Shown piece after piece: positions 35,261 to 42,549 of a stretch of DNA of 42,707 bases. A program made the translations under genes and the position numbers. The DNA comes from a virus (Duplodnaviria > Caudoviricetes), in the IMG/VR virus record IMGVR_UViG_3300031990_000014, positions 1 to 42,707 of that record; one strand, written 5' to 3'. The notes under the pieces are model-generated. The model was not told where the DNA came from, ran no database searches, and was given only the letters and a program-made list of their open reading frames with translations. Position 1 is the stretch's first letter. Each line of letters starts with the position of its first letter.

Positions 35261-36222
35261 GTCGAGATCCCCTTGATGGTCAGTTTCTCGGCGCGATGCG
35301 CCCTGATGGCCTCGTCAATGGCCGTGCCGTTTTTGTCCAACAGCGCAGCTCCGCTGGCGCGCCCAGACTTCCCGTTGATCGCGTTCGCCGCCCATTCGGC
35401 GCGGAACGTTTGCCACCCCGCCGCCATGGCGAACTGCAAGCACTCATCAACGGACATGTTGGCTATCTGGGCCTCGCGTCTGATGCCGGCCATTGCCGAC
35501 TCGGTGACTGGAGCGCGTTTCGCTTTCCGGTGCGTGGCCCAGTCCTGCCAGGTCGCGTCGGTCACGTCGGCTGGCTTGGTGGCTTGGCGGCCGGGCTTGG
35601 TGGCAGCCGCTCGAGGCGGCCCGCCAGGCGGAGGGTCGCCGTCGCTTTTGGGCGACGGCGGCAAACTCTTTTGACCTTTTTTTTTGCTTGAAGCCTCTGC
35701 TTCGCAAGTCAACCCCGAAGACGGTTGGCTGCTCTCGGTTTCGGTCTCGGTTTCGGTCTCGGTTTCGGTCTCGGTTTCGGTCTCGGTTTCGGTCTCGGTT
35801 TCGGTCTCGGGCGCATTTGTATGCAGACGCTGTGCATCTGCTACGCATCTGCTACGCATTTTTTGCATCAAGTTGTTGATTTCGTTACCGCAAAGCTCCG
35901 GCGGTGGCGCCGGCCACTTCGGCTTTACCGAGCGTGGAACATTGCCGAATCGTGGAACATATGCGAACTCCGCGCCGCCTACCGCGTAGCATCGGATGAG
36001 GTCATGGTCGGCAATGTCAGTCAAAACCTTGCGCCTCGCGGCGTCAGAGAGACCGTCCGCCCACGTCGTGTGACGCCTCAGGTAGACGGGCGACAGCGGC
36101 ACCAGACCGTAGTCGTCAGCGCACAGCAGCAGCTCCAGGTAGGCCAGCCGGGAGAGCGGCGGCACCGAGTGATAACGCTCGGAATCAAGAATTGCGTCAC
36201 GGATTATCCGGTTTGGCATCAC
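35257..36222 (-). CDS. Phage replication initiator (replisome organiser)
   Basis: MPNRIIRDAILDSER N-terminus, ET-repeat linker, C-terminal WQDWATHRKAKRAPVT...GWQTF. Confidence 0.8.
   Translation of the reverse strand: MMPNRIIRDAILDSERYHSVPPLSRLAYLELLLCADDYGLVPLSPVYLRRHTTWADGLSDAARRKVLTDIADHDLIRCYAVGGAEFAYVPRFGNVPRSVKPKWPAPPPELCGNEINNLMQKMRSRCVADAQRLHTNAPETETETETETETETETETETETETESSQPSSGLTCEAEASSKKKGQKSLPPSPKSDGDPPPGGPPRAAATKPGRQATKPADVTDATWQDWATHRKAKRAPVTESAMAGIRREAQIANMSVDECLQFAMAAGWQTFRAEWAANAINGKSGRASGAALLDKNGTAIDEAIRAHRAEKLTIKGIST
35734..35810. repeat. Perfect 12-bp tandem repeat (CTCGGTTTCGGT) x6 plus partial, encoding (ET)12
   Basis: Read directly from the sequence. Confidence 0.95.
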
Positions 36223-36407
36223 GCCCCCTCCCCGCGCTCGGATGGCTTGAGGAGCTCCACGATCGCCTCGTGCGTGATGAGCGTCCGACGGTCAATGCGC
36301 GTTGCCTGCAACCTCCCTTCCTTGACGAGCTTGAAGAGCGTCGTCCTGCCCAAGCCGGTCAGCGCGGCCACCTCGGCCATCGAATAGGCATACTTGGTGC
36401 GGTACAT
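36219..36407 (-). CDS. Excisionase-like HTH DNA-binding protein
   Basis: RBS GGGAGG; YSMAEVAALTGLGRTTLFKLVKEGRL...RRTLI. Confidence 0.85.
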   Translation of the reverse strand: MYRTKYAYSMAEVAALTGLGRTTLFKLVKEGRLQATRIDRRTLITHEAIVELLKPSERGEGA

Positions 36408-36512
36408 AAGAACCTCCCATGACTGCGTCCGAACCCTGGCGGGCTGGCACGCACTAAGCGTAGGGCGCCAGCCAGAACCCGTCAACCGGGGTCGAGACGT
36501 GACGCATGGAGA

Positions 36513-36731
36513 TCAGTGCGCCCGCACGATGATGGCGCCCATCCACTCCATGGATTGACCCACGCCAGCCCGCTTGAGAAACGCGCGCATTTCGTCAATG
36601 CCAGGCATCGGCTCTGTGCGTAACGAGGAATTGAACTCAAGCAACTCGAGCGCCTGCTCGCGCGTCAGATGAACGCTGCCGTCGCGCTCTGTCGCGACTA
36701 CGAATTGCGCTTCCGGGCGGCGGTATTTCAT
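36513..36731 (-). CDS. Hypothetical protein (72 aa)
   Basis: ATGA overlap with the upstream gene. Confidence 0.6.
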   Translation of the reverse strand: MKYRRPEAQFVVATERDGSVHLTREQALELLEFNSSLRTEPMPGIDEMRAFLKRAGVGQSMEWMGAIIVRAH

Positions 36732-36919
36732 TGCGCGGGCCGCGCCAGTTTCTGGCGCTCGCGCTGCGCTGCAGCCGCTATCAGGCAGCACTGGACACAG
36801 CCGCCGTTGAGCACGTACCGGACGGGCGGGTGCCCGTGCTGGCATGCCTTGCCGCCCGAATAGGTGACGGCTCCGGCCGCCGCCGCAGATCGGCGGATAC
36901 TGACCTTGTGACGCTTCAT
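36728..36919 (-). CDS. Small Zn-finger-like protein
   Basis: CQHGH...RY...CVQC; RBS GAGGAGG. Confidence 0.65.
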   Translation of the reverse strand: MKRHKVSIRRSAAAAGAVTYSGGKACQHGHPPVRYVLNGGCVQCCLIAAAAQRERQKLARPAQ

Positions 36920-36964
36920 GACCCCTCCTCGTGGTGTGTGCGAGAGAGGAGTGTAGACTACCAG

Positions 36965-37351
36965 TCAGTGCTTGACGGGTACGCCCAGCCGGTCGCAGAC
37001 CGTCATGGAGCGACCGTCGTCATCCCAAAGCACACCACGCACCGGCAGCCCACGCCGCTCCGCCTCATCCAACTCCTGCCGCACACCACGCGACGACTCC
37101 CACCCTCCCAGCGTCAGCACGTAGACCTCGCTGGAACGCCGCACGAACTCCAGGCAATGCCGCATCCACCACTCGTGCGACCGACCCTCCACCTCCGGCA
37201 CGCGCTGCACCATCGCGTCACCGTGCGTGAGCGGCGAGTACACCGTCAGCCCCGCGTCCCACAGCATCACCACCACCTCGGCCGCCACCGCCACGCGGTA
37301 CTCGCGCACCGACACATGCTCATGCGTATACGGACACGCCAGATAGATCAC
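36965..37351 (-). CDS. DUF1937-like (deoxyribosyltransferase-like fold) protein
   Basis: IYLACPYTH, VYSPLTHG, GWESSRGVRQE. Confidence 0.85.
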   Translation of the reverse strand: MIYLACPYTHEHVSVREYRVAVAAEVVVMLWDAGLTVYSPLTHGDAMVQRVPEVEGRSHEWWMRHCLEFVRRSSEVYVLTLGGWESSRGVRQELDEAERRGLPVRGVLWDDDGRSMTVCDRLGVPVKH

Positions 37352-37722
37352 TCGACCTCCCTCACCTCAATCCCGTGGATGGCGCGCATCTGCCGCGCCT
37401 TGATGCGGTACGCCGGCAGGCGCCGGGTGACGGGAGACTTGACGTCCTCGACCACCATGCCGCCGCCGGCCACCTGGTAGACGAAGTCCGCGCGATACTC
37501 GGTCTCGCCGGGCAGGCTGAACGACACCTGGCGAGCCAGCCACACCAGCTCGCCCGTCCGCAGCAGGAGCCGCAGCTCACGCCAACGCCGAGCCTCTCGC
37601 CGGGAGTCACACCCGTCCTCGCGCACCGACCCGTACTTGCTGCGGCTCGCTCGTGGCTTGGGGACGCCCGCCCGGGCGCGGGCCGCGTCCACCTGTGCCT
37701 GCGTCCAGCGCAGGCCGGTCAC
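37348..37722 (-). CDS. DUF1064-like PD-(D/E)XK nuclease
   Basis: SKYG...DSRREARRW...YRADFVY...VVEDVKS; GTG at 37722 overlaps the upstream stop. Confidence 0.85.
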   Translation of the reverse strand: MTGLRWTQAQVDAARARAGVPKPRASRSKYGSVREDGCDSRREARRWRELRLLLRTGELVWLARQVSFSLPGETEYRADFVYQVAGGGMVVEDVKSPVTRRLPAYRIKARQMRAIHGIEVREVE

Positions 37723-37973
37723 TCGCCGGCCTCGGTGTAGCTCGGCTTCCGGAGCCTCGGGCGCGCAGGCGCGCATGACCCGAACATGTCCGGCCTGAGC
37801 CGCTCGCGCGGCACTCGGGTCGTCGCCTCGACATCGAACACCCGCGCTAGCGGCACCGACCGCCAGCGCGCCACCGCAGAGCTGGATATCCCCAACTGCC
37901 GGGCCAGCGCCCGCGCGCTGCCCGCAGCGACAATCGCCGCCCTCAGCCCCTCGTCCGCATGTTTCGCCTTCAT
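37719..37973 (-). CDS. Cro/YdaS-like HTH regulator
   Basis: RBS GAGGAGG; AGSARALARQLGISSSAVARW...RERLRPDMFG. Confidence 0.85.
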   Translation of the reverse strand: MKAKHADEGLRAAIVAAGSARALARQLGISSSAVARWRSVPLARVFDVEATTRVPRERLRPDMFGSCAPARPRLRKPSYTEAGE

Positions 37974-38004
37974 GAATCGCGCCTCCTCAGGTTGGGCTGC
38001 CAAC

Positions 38005-38013
38005 ATAGTAGCA
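38005..38013 (-). promoter_or_regulatory. Leftward extended -10 promoter
   Basis: TGC-TACTAT on the minus strand upstream of the cro-like gene. Confidence 0.5.
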
Positions 38014-38020
38014 CGAGAGG

Positions 38021-38050
38021 TTGACACCCCCCGCTTCTGGCGCTTACCTT
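38021..38050 (+). promoter_or_regulatory. Rightward sigma70 promoter of the early operon
   Basis: TTGACA-N18-TACCTT. Confidence 0.65.
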
Positions 38051-38083
38051 ACATCAGCACCCGCAGCCCACCCAGGAGGCCAC

Positions 38084-38476
38084 ATGAAGATGGTGAATCT
38101 CACCCAGCACCCGGCAACGCCCGAGCAGCTCGCTGCCGGCGTCGTCGACCTCGGAGGACCGGATCTTCTGGAGTTGAAGGAGCTTCTGACCTTCGACTCT
38201 CTGCCCAGTGCCAAGGAGGTCCAGGCACGGGCCTGGGCCATCAGCGACATCGCCGCTGACGCCGGCGCCACCGAGGCGATGATCGGTGGTGCGCCCTATC
38301 TGATGGCTCCCCTCGAGAGGATCCTGCAGTCACGCGGGATTGCGGTTTTTTACGCCTTCTCCGTCCGCGAGACGGAGGAGCAGACGCTGCCCGACGGCAG
38401 CGTCCGGAAGACCGCCGTCTTCCGGCACGCCGGCTTCGTGGGGCGGAGGGGGCGGCATGGCAACCACGGGGTGTAA
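38084..38476 (+). CDS. Conserved phage protein resembling Csx20/Csx15-type Rossmann-like proteins
   Basis: RBS AGGAGG; NLTQHPATPEQ...AMIGGAPYLM...YAFSVRETEEQTLPDGSVRKTAVFRHAGF. Confidence 0.75.
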   Translation: MKMVNLTQHPATPEQLAAGVVDLGGPDLLELKELLTFDSLPSAKEVQARAWAISDIAADAGATEAMIGGAPYLMAPLERILQSRGIAVFYAFSVRETEEQTLPDGSVRKTAVFRHAGFVGRRGRHGNHGV

Positions 38477-38627
38477 GGGCCCGTACTGGGACGCCGCCGG
38501 CCGGGCCATCGCCGAGGAGCGTCGGCGGCGGCGCGCGGCAGCGCTCCACGTCGCAGCGGTGGCCGTGGCCGCAGTGGCCGCAGTAGCGGCTGTGGTCATG
38601 ACCGTGGTCATGGTGGCCGCACCGTGA
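38457..38627 (+). CDS. Small membrane protein (56 aa)
   Basis: Arg cluster followed by a Val/Ala TM segment; overlaps both neighbours. Confidence 0.55.
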   Translation: MATTGCKGPYWDAAGRAIAEERRRRRAAALHVAAVAVAAVAAVAAVVMTVVMVAAP

Positions 38628-39073
38628 CCCCGGCAGCCGCGCTAGCGGTCGAGGCGCAGCGCCACGCCGACCGCGCGTGGGTGCTGGCCGAGGACGCGCG
38701 CCGCGCCTACCAGCAGTGCAACGTGGGCCATGCCGACTATGTCGCGCTGGCCGACGCCATGCATGCCGCCGTGGCCACCTACCTGGCCGCCAGCGAGGTG
38801 GCCGCCGCCGCCCTGCGCGACCTGCGGCGCGAGGAGCAGGTGCTTTCCCTCATGGAGCGCGAGCCGCCGTGCTTCGACAGCCGCGAGCAGTTCCTGGCAT
38901 GGATGTCGATGTACGTCCGGGCACACCCGAAGCGCGCCCGCGGAGCCATGTCTGGACAAAGCATCCAGGCCGCCATGTGCGAGGACTGCACGGCCGGCTA
39001 CCAGACCCGGATGCTCGCCGCCGGCCGCTGCATCAACAAGCGCTACCGGGCGCAAAAAGGAGGACCATCGTGA
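38624..39073 (+). CDS. Hypothetical protein with C-terminal Cys cluster
   Basis: PPCF...CEDCT..YQ..M...GRC; GTGA overlaps. Confidence 0.7.
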   Translation: MTPAAALAVEAQRHADRAWVLAEDARRAYQQCNVGHADYVALADAMHAAVATYLAASEVAAAALRDLRREEQVLSLMEREPPCFDSREQFLAWMSMYVRAHPKRARGAMSGQSIQAAMCEDCTAGYQTRMLAAGRCINKRYRAQKGGPS

Positions 39074-39396
39074 CCAAGGCTCTGCTTCTCACGCTACTGC
39101 TGTGCCACGCGGCCACCGCGCTGGCAGTCGACGACCCGCGCTTCTGCGGCCCCCCGGCGCGCGAGGCGGACGGCACGATTGCGCGCGACAAGGGCGTGCT
39201 GCGCGTGTTCGAGAAGCGCCACCCCAAGCCAAGCATCGAGGGGCGCTGGTATCGCGACCACGTGATCCCACTTGCGTGCGGCGGCTGCGACAGCCTGATC
39301 AACCTCCAGTGGCTGCCGGAAGCGCAGTGGCGCGACAAATCGAAGTGGGAGCGCATCGTTTATGGCGGCCGCGGCATCTCGCCAGGCTGCCCCTAG
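39070..39396 (+). CDS. HNH-motif nuclease with N-terminal signal peptide
   Basis: RBS AGGAGG; MTKALLLTLLLCHAATALA signal sequence; DHVIPLACGGCDSLINLQWL. Confidence 0.75.
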   Translation: MTKALLLTLLLCHAATALAVDDPRFCGPPAREADGTIARDKGVLRVFEKRHPKPSIEGRWYRDHVIPLACGGCDSLINLQWLPEAQWRDKSKWERIVYGGRGISPGCP

Positions 39397-39413
39397 GACT
39401 CAAGGAGACTCGC

Positions 39414-40211
39414 ATGATCGCCATCCGCGCCAGCTCTCTCTCAGAGCTCTTCGACTGCCCCGCCCGCTGGGAGGCCCGACACATCCTCGGCATGAGGATG
39501 CCGCGCTCCGGCGCCGCGCAGCTCGGCACCGCGCTGCACGCAAGCTCGGCGGTGTTTGACCAGTCACGCCTGCCGGGCGGCAGCCCGGCGACCGTGGACG
39601 AAGCGGCCGGCGCACTCGTCGACGCCATCTACCGGCCGGAGGACGACGTCGACTGGAGCGACAGCGACGCGACGCAGCGCGAGGCCGAGCAGATTGGACG
39701 CGCCCTCCACGCCCGCTACTGCACCACGGTAGCCCCCCGGCAGGAGTACGTCGGGGTCGAGGTGCGCTGCGAGCGCATCGACCTGCCCGACCTCGGCATT
39801 GCCCTCACCGGCACCACCGACCGGGTGCGGCGCACGCCGGCCGGACTCGGTATCGCCGACCTCAAGACCGGCAAGACCGCCGTCGGCACCGACGGGCAAG
39901 CCGTGACGCGTGGTCACGGGATCCAGCTCGGCGTGTACGAGCTGCTCGCCCAGCACGCGCTCGGGCTGGACATCACGGCCCCGGCGCTGGTGATCGGCCT
40001 GCAGACGGGCAAGACCGCCGCCGCCCAGCGGGTCGGCACCGGCGAGGTGCCCGGGGCGCGGTCTGCCCTGGTCGGCGCGGAAGGCGCGCCGGGGCTGCTC
40101 GAGCATGCAGCGGCCTTGCTCAAGGCCGGCGCCTTCTACGGCAACCCGCGCAGCAACCTGTGCAGTGCCAAGTACTGCCCGGCCTACGCCGGGTGCCGTT
40201 TCCGTTCGTAA
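39414..40211 (+). CDS. PD-(D/E)XK exonuclease (RecB/Cas4-like, RecE role)
   Basis: IRASSL..FDCP, LGTALH, LTGTTD, IADLKTG, QLGVYELL, C-terminal C-x4-C-x5-C. Confidence 0.9.
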   Translation: MIAIRASSLSELFDCPARWEARHILGMRMPRSGAAQLGTALHASSAVFDQSRLPGGSPATVDEAAGALVDAIYRPEDDVDWSDSDATQREAEQIGRALHARYCTTVAPRQEYVGVEVRCERIDLPDLGIALTGTTDRVRRTPAGLGIADLKTGKTAVGTDGQAVTRGHGIQLGVYELLAQHALGLDITAPALVIGLQTGKTAAAQRVGTGEVPGARSALVGAEGAPGLLEHAAALLKAGAFYGNPRSNLCSAKYCPAYAGCRFRS

Positions 40212-40232
40212 CCACCACAGAGAGGAGTCGCC

Positions 40233-41570
40233 ATGACAACCACCGACATCGCCAGCCTGCGCGCTGGCCAGCCCACCAAGCCGCTGGCAGAGATGAGCCC
40301 GAAGGAGCAGGTCGGCTACCTGCTGCAGCAGAAGAAAGCCGAGATCGCCAAGATGATCCCGCGCACGCTCAGCGTGGAGCGGCTGCTGAAGGTCGCGCAG
40401 ATTGCAGTGACCAGCGCGCCCGCGCTCCTGAAGTGCGACGTGCCGTCGCTCATCGGCGCCATCGGCCAGTGCGCGATGCTGGGCCTCGAGCCCAACACCG
40501 TGCTCGGGCACGCCTACCTGGTGCCGTTCAACACCAAGCGCCGGACGCCTGACGGCGGCGAGCGCTGGGTCAACAGCGTGCAGGTCATCGTGGGCTACCG
40601 GGGGCTCATCGACCTCGCTCGCCGCAGCGGCCAGATTGTTAGCATCGCTGCGCACGAGGTCTGCGAGCGCGACCGGTTCGTGCTCGCCTACGGCCTCGAC
40701 GAGCAGCTCATCCACGAGCCTGCGCTCGACGAGCGCGGCGAGATCATCGGCTTCTATGCGATCGCCAGACTCAAGGATGGCGGGCACGCGCTCGAGTTCA
40801 TGAGCCGCCGCGATGTCGAGCGCACCCGTGACGCATCGCAGGGCTGGCAGCAGGCCGTCAAGTACGGCAAGGGGCAGTCCCACCCGTGGGGCGCGCACTT
40901 CGTCGAGATGGGGCGCAAGACGGTGATCCGGCGCCTCGCCAAGTACCTGCCGCTGAGCATCGAGCTCGCGGCCGCCGTGCACCTCGACAACCAAGCGGCC
41001 ACGGACAGGGACCAGCGCCTCGACGCCATCGACGGCGAGCTGCTGCTCGCGGCCCCGGCCGAGGAGGCCCCGGCCGAGGAGGCGCCGGCGGCAGAGGAGC
41101 CTCCGGCAGAGGAGGCGCCTCGCCGGCGCGGTCGCCCCCCCGGCAGCAAGAACCGCCAGGCCACCACGCCGCCACCCACCCCGAATGACGAGGAGGAGGA
41201 GGGCGGCGACGAGACGCCACCCCCACGCGAGCCTGCCCTCACCTACGCCGAGGCGCGGCACGCAATAGAGGCTGCGAGCGGCGAGGAGGAGCTCGCGATG
41301 GCCGCCGCCCTGATTGATCGCGTCGAGCCGTGGCACCTGCGGGGCGAGCTGCTGGCAGCAGTCCAGACCATGAAGGCCCGCCTGGTCGCCGACCAGGATC
41401 CACCCGCCATCAATCTGGTCGGCGGCGGCGAGATCACCTGGCTGCGCCAGCGCGCAGAAGCCCTTGACCTCGACCTCGAGGCGGTCGCTGCAAAGCACAA
41501 GGTGGACATCGGCGCCCTGACGAAATCCGGATTCCAAACCCTGAAGGCAGCGCTCGGAAACGCGTTCTGA
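40233..41570 (+). CDS. recT: RecT-family single-strand annealing recombinase with long C-terminal extension
   Basis: LGLEPNTVLGHAYLVPF, IVGYRGLIDLARRSGQI, EMGRKTVIRRLAKYLPLSIE. Confidence 0.95.
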   Translation: MTTTDIASLRAGQPTKPLAEMSPKEQVGYLLQQKKAEIAKMIPRTLSVERLLKVAQIAVTSAPALLKCDVPSLIGAIGQCAMLGLEPNTVLGHAYLVPFNTKRRTPDGGERWVNSVQVIVGYRGLIDLARRSGQIVSIAAHEVCERDRFVLAYGLDEQLIHEPALDERGEIIGFYAIARLKDGGHALEFMSRRDVERTRDASQGWQQAVKYGKGQSHPWGAHFVEMGRKTVIRRLAKYLPLSIELAAAVHLDNQAATDRDQRLDAIDGELLLAAPAEEAPAEEAPAAEEPPAEEAPRRRGRPPGSKNRQATTPPPTPNDEEEEGGDETPPPREPALTYAEARHAIEAASGEEELAMAAALIDRVEPWHLRGELLAAVQTMKARLVADQDPPAINLVGGGEITWLRQRAEALDLDLEAVAAKHKVDIGALTKSGFQTLKAALGNAF

Positions 41571-41592
41571 CCCCACCCAAAAGGAGACCATC

Positions 41593-42297
41593 ATGACCAC
41601 AGAACTGACCGCATTCGTCTCGTCCGCGTCGACCCAGGTTGAGCCCATGTCGCAGCGGGCCACCGCTGCCCTGGAACAGATTGCCGCTATGCAAATCGAC
41701 TCGGACCTCATGTATGAGGTCGGCGGCGAAGAGTTGCGCGCGGTCAAGGCGCGCATGTCCGACTTGGACGCGCAGCGCAAGTCCATCACCCGCCCGCTGG
41801 ACGATGCGAAGAAGGCCGTGATGGACATGTTTCGCCGGCCATTGGCAATGCTCGAGCAGGCCGAGCAGTCCCTGAAGGGCAAGCTGCTTGCGTGGTCTGC
41901 CGAGCAGGAGCGGCGCCGCCGCGAGGAGCAGGCAGAGCGCGAGCGGGTTGCTCGCCTTGAGCGCGAGCGGCTGGCGCTTGAAGCCAAGCGGCTCGCCGCT
42001 GCCGGCCGAGCGGCCGCCGCCGAGGAGGTGGCGCAACAGGCACAGCAGGTCGTCGCGGCCACGGTGCCAGAGGCCGAGGCACCACGGGCGGCCGGCATCG
42101 CCACGGTGGAACGCTGGACGTTCGAGGTCACCGACATGGCCGCACTGGTGGCGTACGTCGCGGCGCATCCCGGTTACCTCTACCTGCTCGAGGCCAACCA
42201 GGCCGAGCTGCGCAAGCTGGTGCAGACCCGGAAGGGTGGCATGGCGCTGCCTGGCGTGCGGGCCTACACCACGCAGCACATCGCAGCGAGGTCGTGA
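41593..42297 (+). CDS. Coiled-coil phage protein of the recombination module
   Basis: RBS AAGGAG; RKSITRPLDDAKK, WTFEVTD, LPGVR motifs. Confidence 0.8.
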   Translation: MTTELTAFVSSASTQVEPMSQRATAALEQIAAMQIDSDLMYEVGGEELRAVKARMSDLDAQRKSITRPLDDAKKAVMDMFRRPLAMLEQAEQSLKGKLLAWSAEQERRRREEQAERERVARLERERLALEAKRLAAAGRAAAAEEVAQQAQQVVAATVPEAEAPRAAGIATVERWTFEVTDMAALVAYVAAHPGYLYLLEANQAELRKLVQTRKGGMALPGVRAYTTQHIAARS

Positions 42298-42548
42298 CAA
42301 TGGCCTACATCGCAGAGATTGAGACGACGGTCTCGGGTGTCCCGTGCATTGTTGGCGTACTGGATTACGAGCCCTATCAGCCCGCGTTTCGTGGCGGCCC
42401 GCTCGACAGCGCCCGCGCGCCTGGTGGCGGCTGCGGGGTGTGGGCCGTGTTGGACCGACGCGGCCGACCGGCGCCGTGGCTGGAGGCGAAGCTGACGGAT
42501 GCGGATGTTGAGGCCATCGAGGAGCTGGTTTTCGGCGAGATGGAGTAG
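42294..42548 (+). CDS. Hypothetical protein (84 aa)
   Basis: GVPCIVGV...LDRRGRPAPWLEAKLTD motif; its stop abuts the GGC-NN array. Confidence 0.75.
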   Translation: MTMAYIAEIETTVSGVPCIVGVLDYEPYQPAFRGGPLDSARAPGGGCGVWAVLDRRGRPAPWLEAKLTDADVEAIEELVFGEME

Positions 42549-42549
42549 T

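Noticed and set aside
36219-36407. Evidence of an integration module
   Set aside because: There is only an excisionase-like HTH; no integrase or att-like site is recognisable.
38730-39413. N-terminal extension of the 493-aa exonuclease ORF
   Set aside because: It overlaps two better genes; RBS AAGGAG supports the ATG at 39414.
39564-42137. 857-aa minus-strand ORF and other long antisense ORFs (e.g. 14722..16980, 5882..7456, 1611..2978)
   Set aside because: Shadow ORFs opposite well-supported genes, expected in high-GC DNA.
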